Under the pieces are notes generated by a model, which ran no database searches, was not told the origin of the DNA, and was given only the letters and a program-made list of their open reading frames with translations. From positions 1 to 64,000 of the IMG/VR virus record IMGVR_UViG_3300014775_002125: a stretch of DNA of 64,000 bases. One strand, given 5' to 3'. Position numbers and translations under genes: made by a program. The DNA comes from a virus. Shown piece after piece: positions 62,698 through 64,000 of the stretch (the stretch's first letter is position 1; every line of letters starts with the position of its first letter).

Positions 62698-64000
62698 AAC
62701 TAAAAGAATTAAAAGACTCAATGAGACCGCTACTAAGCACCTCTCCGAGCATTATCTTAAACTAGGGAACAACGAACAAGTCAAAGAAGCGTTCCTAAGC
62801 CTAAGAGAAAGCCGAGAATCGTCCACAAAGATTGCAAAAATCCTCGCAGAAGGTTATAAACACGTACCAGAAGGCCAAAAGAAAGAAGTCTCCGAGTTTC
62901 TTCTACAGTTCTCTAAGTCCCTCATCATCGAAGAAGCCTGCCTAGAGCACATCTCCGAGGACTATGAAGGGAACGAAAAAGGGCTCAAGGTCATCAATGA
63001 GAGTCTAAAAGAAAACCAAGAGACCCAAGAGCTACTTTTTGAGAGCTTTAAGGGAATTATGGACAAAGTTAGGGATGCTTTTAGTTCTTACAGTACTAAG
63101 GGTTTCAAACAAAGAGAAGAGGAAGAACCAGAAGAAGTAGCGGCAGGTGTTGAAGGTCAGGGAGGGCAGAATCAGGTCGTCTTGCCTGCTTTCAGATACA
63201 AAACGGACCTTGTGAAACTCGTTAAGATTGCTCAGAAGTTTGCTAGTCAATTAAAAAAGGTTGTAGGGTCAGAAGATTTTCTAAACAAACAAATCACTAT
63301 CCAAGAAGACGAAGGCGAATTGATTAGCATTTCTCCTAATAAAGCTAAGGATAGCTTGATCTCACTCTTAACGGCCCTTGACGGATTTTTAGAGAAAGCT
63401 GGAGTCCAACCAGAAGCTTTTGATGAACCAATTACTGGTTCGATTTCTTATTTTATGGGTGGAGTCGAGAACACTTCAAAGTTTTTCTTAGCAAACTATA
63501 AACCTGAAAAAGGCCTTACTGGTAAAGACGTGAAAGCCCTTAAAGTTCTTTCTAAGTTTCTAACAGGTATTAAGAATTTTCTAGTTGGACAAGAAGTGAA
63601 CAAATTTCGCGGGGTTACAGATGATGAAGTCCTATCTCTCAGTAATAAGCTACTTGAGGCGTTTCAGTATGGTGGCCTTCTACAATTAAAACTCATTCGT
63701 GATATCAATGCTCGCTACCTTGATAGTGATTTTGAAACAAGAAGGAAAGCTTATGAGATCCAGTTTTTTGATAGCAGGAAACCCGGAAGACGAGGACCAG
63801 ACCTTAATAAGACAATGGATTCATTTTCAAGAATGTTCCGTGAATCAAAAGTATCTAAAGTTGCATTTGATCTTTTCAAAAGACTCGCAGAAGTAGAAGG
63901 AAAGGATTCAGAAGTTCAACCTACGCAATCAGGTAAAAGTTTCTATAAAGTAACAGGTGAGCTTTTGAATAAGTTTGAACATCTTTTTGAAGCTTCTAGT
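62681..64000 (+). CDS. Long ORF truncated by the window end (MNLKIETKRIKRLNETATKHLSEH...), possible internal head protein
   Basis: Absent from the ORF track because it has no stop. Hand translation from ATG 62681 (AAGGA RBS) is open for 440 codons to the window end. Confidence 0.75.
   Translation, partial: MNLKIETKRIKRLNETATKHLSEHYLKLGNNEQVKEAFLSLRESRESSTKIAKILAEGYKHVPEGQKKEVSEFLLQFSKSLIIEEACLEHISEDYEGNEKGLKVINESLKENQETQELLFESFKGIMDKVRDAFSSYSTKGFKQREEEEPEEVAAGVEGQGGQNQVVLPAFRYKTDLVKLVKIAQKFASQLKKVVGSEDFLNKQITIQEDEGELISISPNKAKDSLISLLTALDGFLEKAGVQPEAFDEPITGSISYFMGGVENTSKFFLANYKPEKGLTGKDVKALKVLSKFLTGIKNFLVGQEVNKFRGVTDDEVLSLSNKLLEAFQYGGLLQLKLIRDINARYLDSDFETRRKAYEIQFFDSRKPGRRGPDLNKTMDSFSRMFRESKVSKVAFDLFKRLAEVEGKDSEVQPTQSGKSFYKVTGELLNKFEHLFEASS

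Noticed and set aside
1033-63896. Many 60-130 aa alternative-frame and antisense ORFs in the track (e.g. 1033, 6337, 15016, 19954, 32253, 47805, 49576, 63032, 63699)
   Set aside because: They are nested in or largely overlap long ORFs with clear motifs or operon context, lack RBSs, and look like shadow ORFs.
1-64000. Stop-codon recoding, as in some large phages
   Set aside because: Coding density is high under the standard code, and TAG, TGA and TAA all end genes at sensible junctions (TAG at 14433, 29840, 30142, 40624).

Overview
A 64-kb segment of a large, AT-rich, contractile-tailed (myovirus-like) dsDNA phage genome. It uses the standard genetic code (TAG serves as a stop) and almost all genes are on the + strand. 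In order: (1) a tail-fibre/receptor-binding module (beta-helix plus LamG giant protein, LamG protein, polysaccharide-deacetylase fusion; 1-11.5 kb); (2) a small minus-strand island with dUTPase and an AT-rich 660-bp gap containing a perfect TTGACA-17-TATAAT promoter; (3) small accessory or head-associated genes, PIN-PhoH and an HNH nuclease; (4) a ~9.6-kb glycan locus (two GT4-like enzymes, a sialyltransferase/Maf-like protein, an aldolase-CMP-ulosonate synthetase fusion, 2OG-Fe(II) oxygenase, GT11-like protein, Gmd, ColD-like enzyme, HAD phosphatase); (5) a late-sigma-like factor and a ~27-kb baseplate module (gp5-like with C39-like peptidase, gp25, gp6 and large wedge proteins); (6) RuvC-like resolvase, primase and a fused Mre11-Rad50; (7) two membrane proteins and an ORF running off the window. 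The best candidate for a new system is phage-encoded virion glycosylation: ulosonic-acid and colitose-type donor pathways sit in the same genome as structural proteins selectively enriched in an [S/T]-G-S tripeptide. All calls come from reading motifs by eye; no database search was run.
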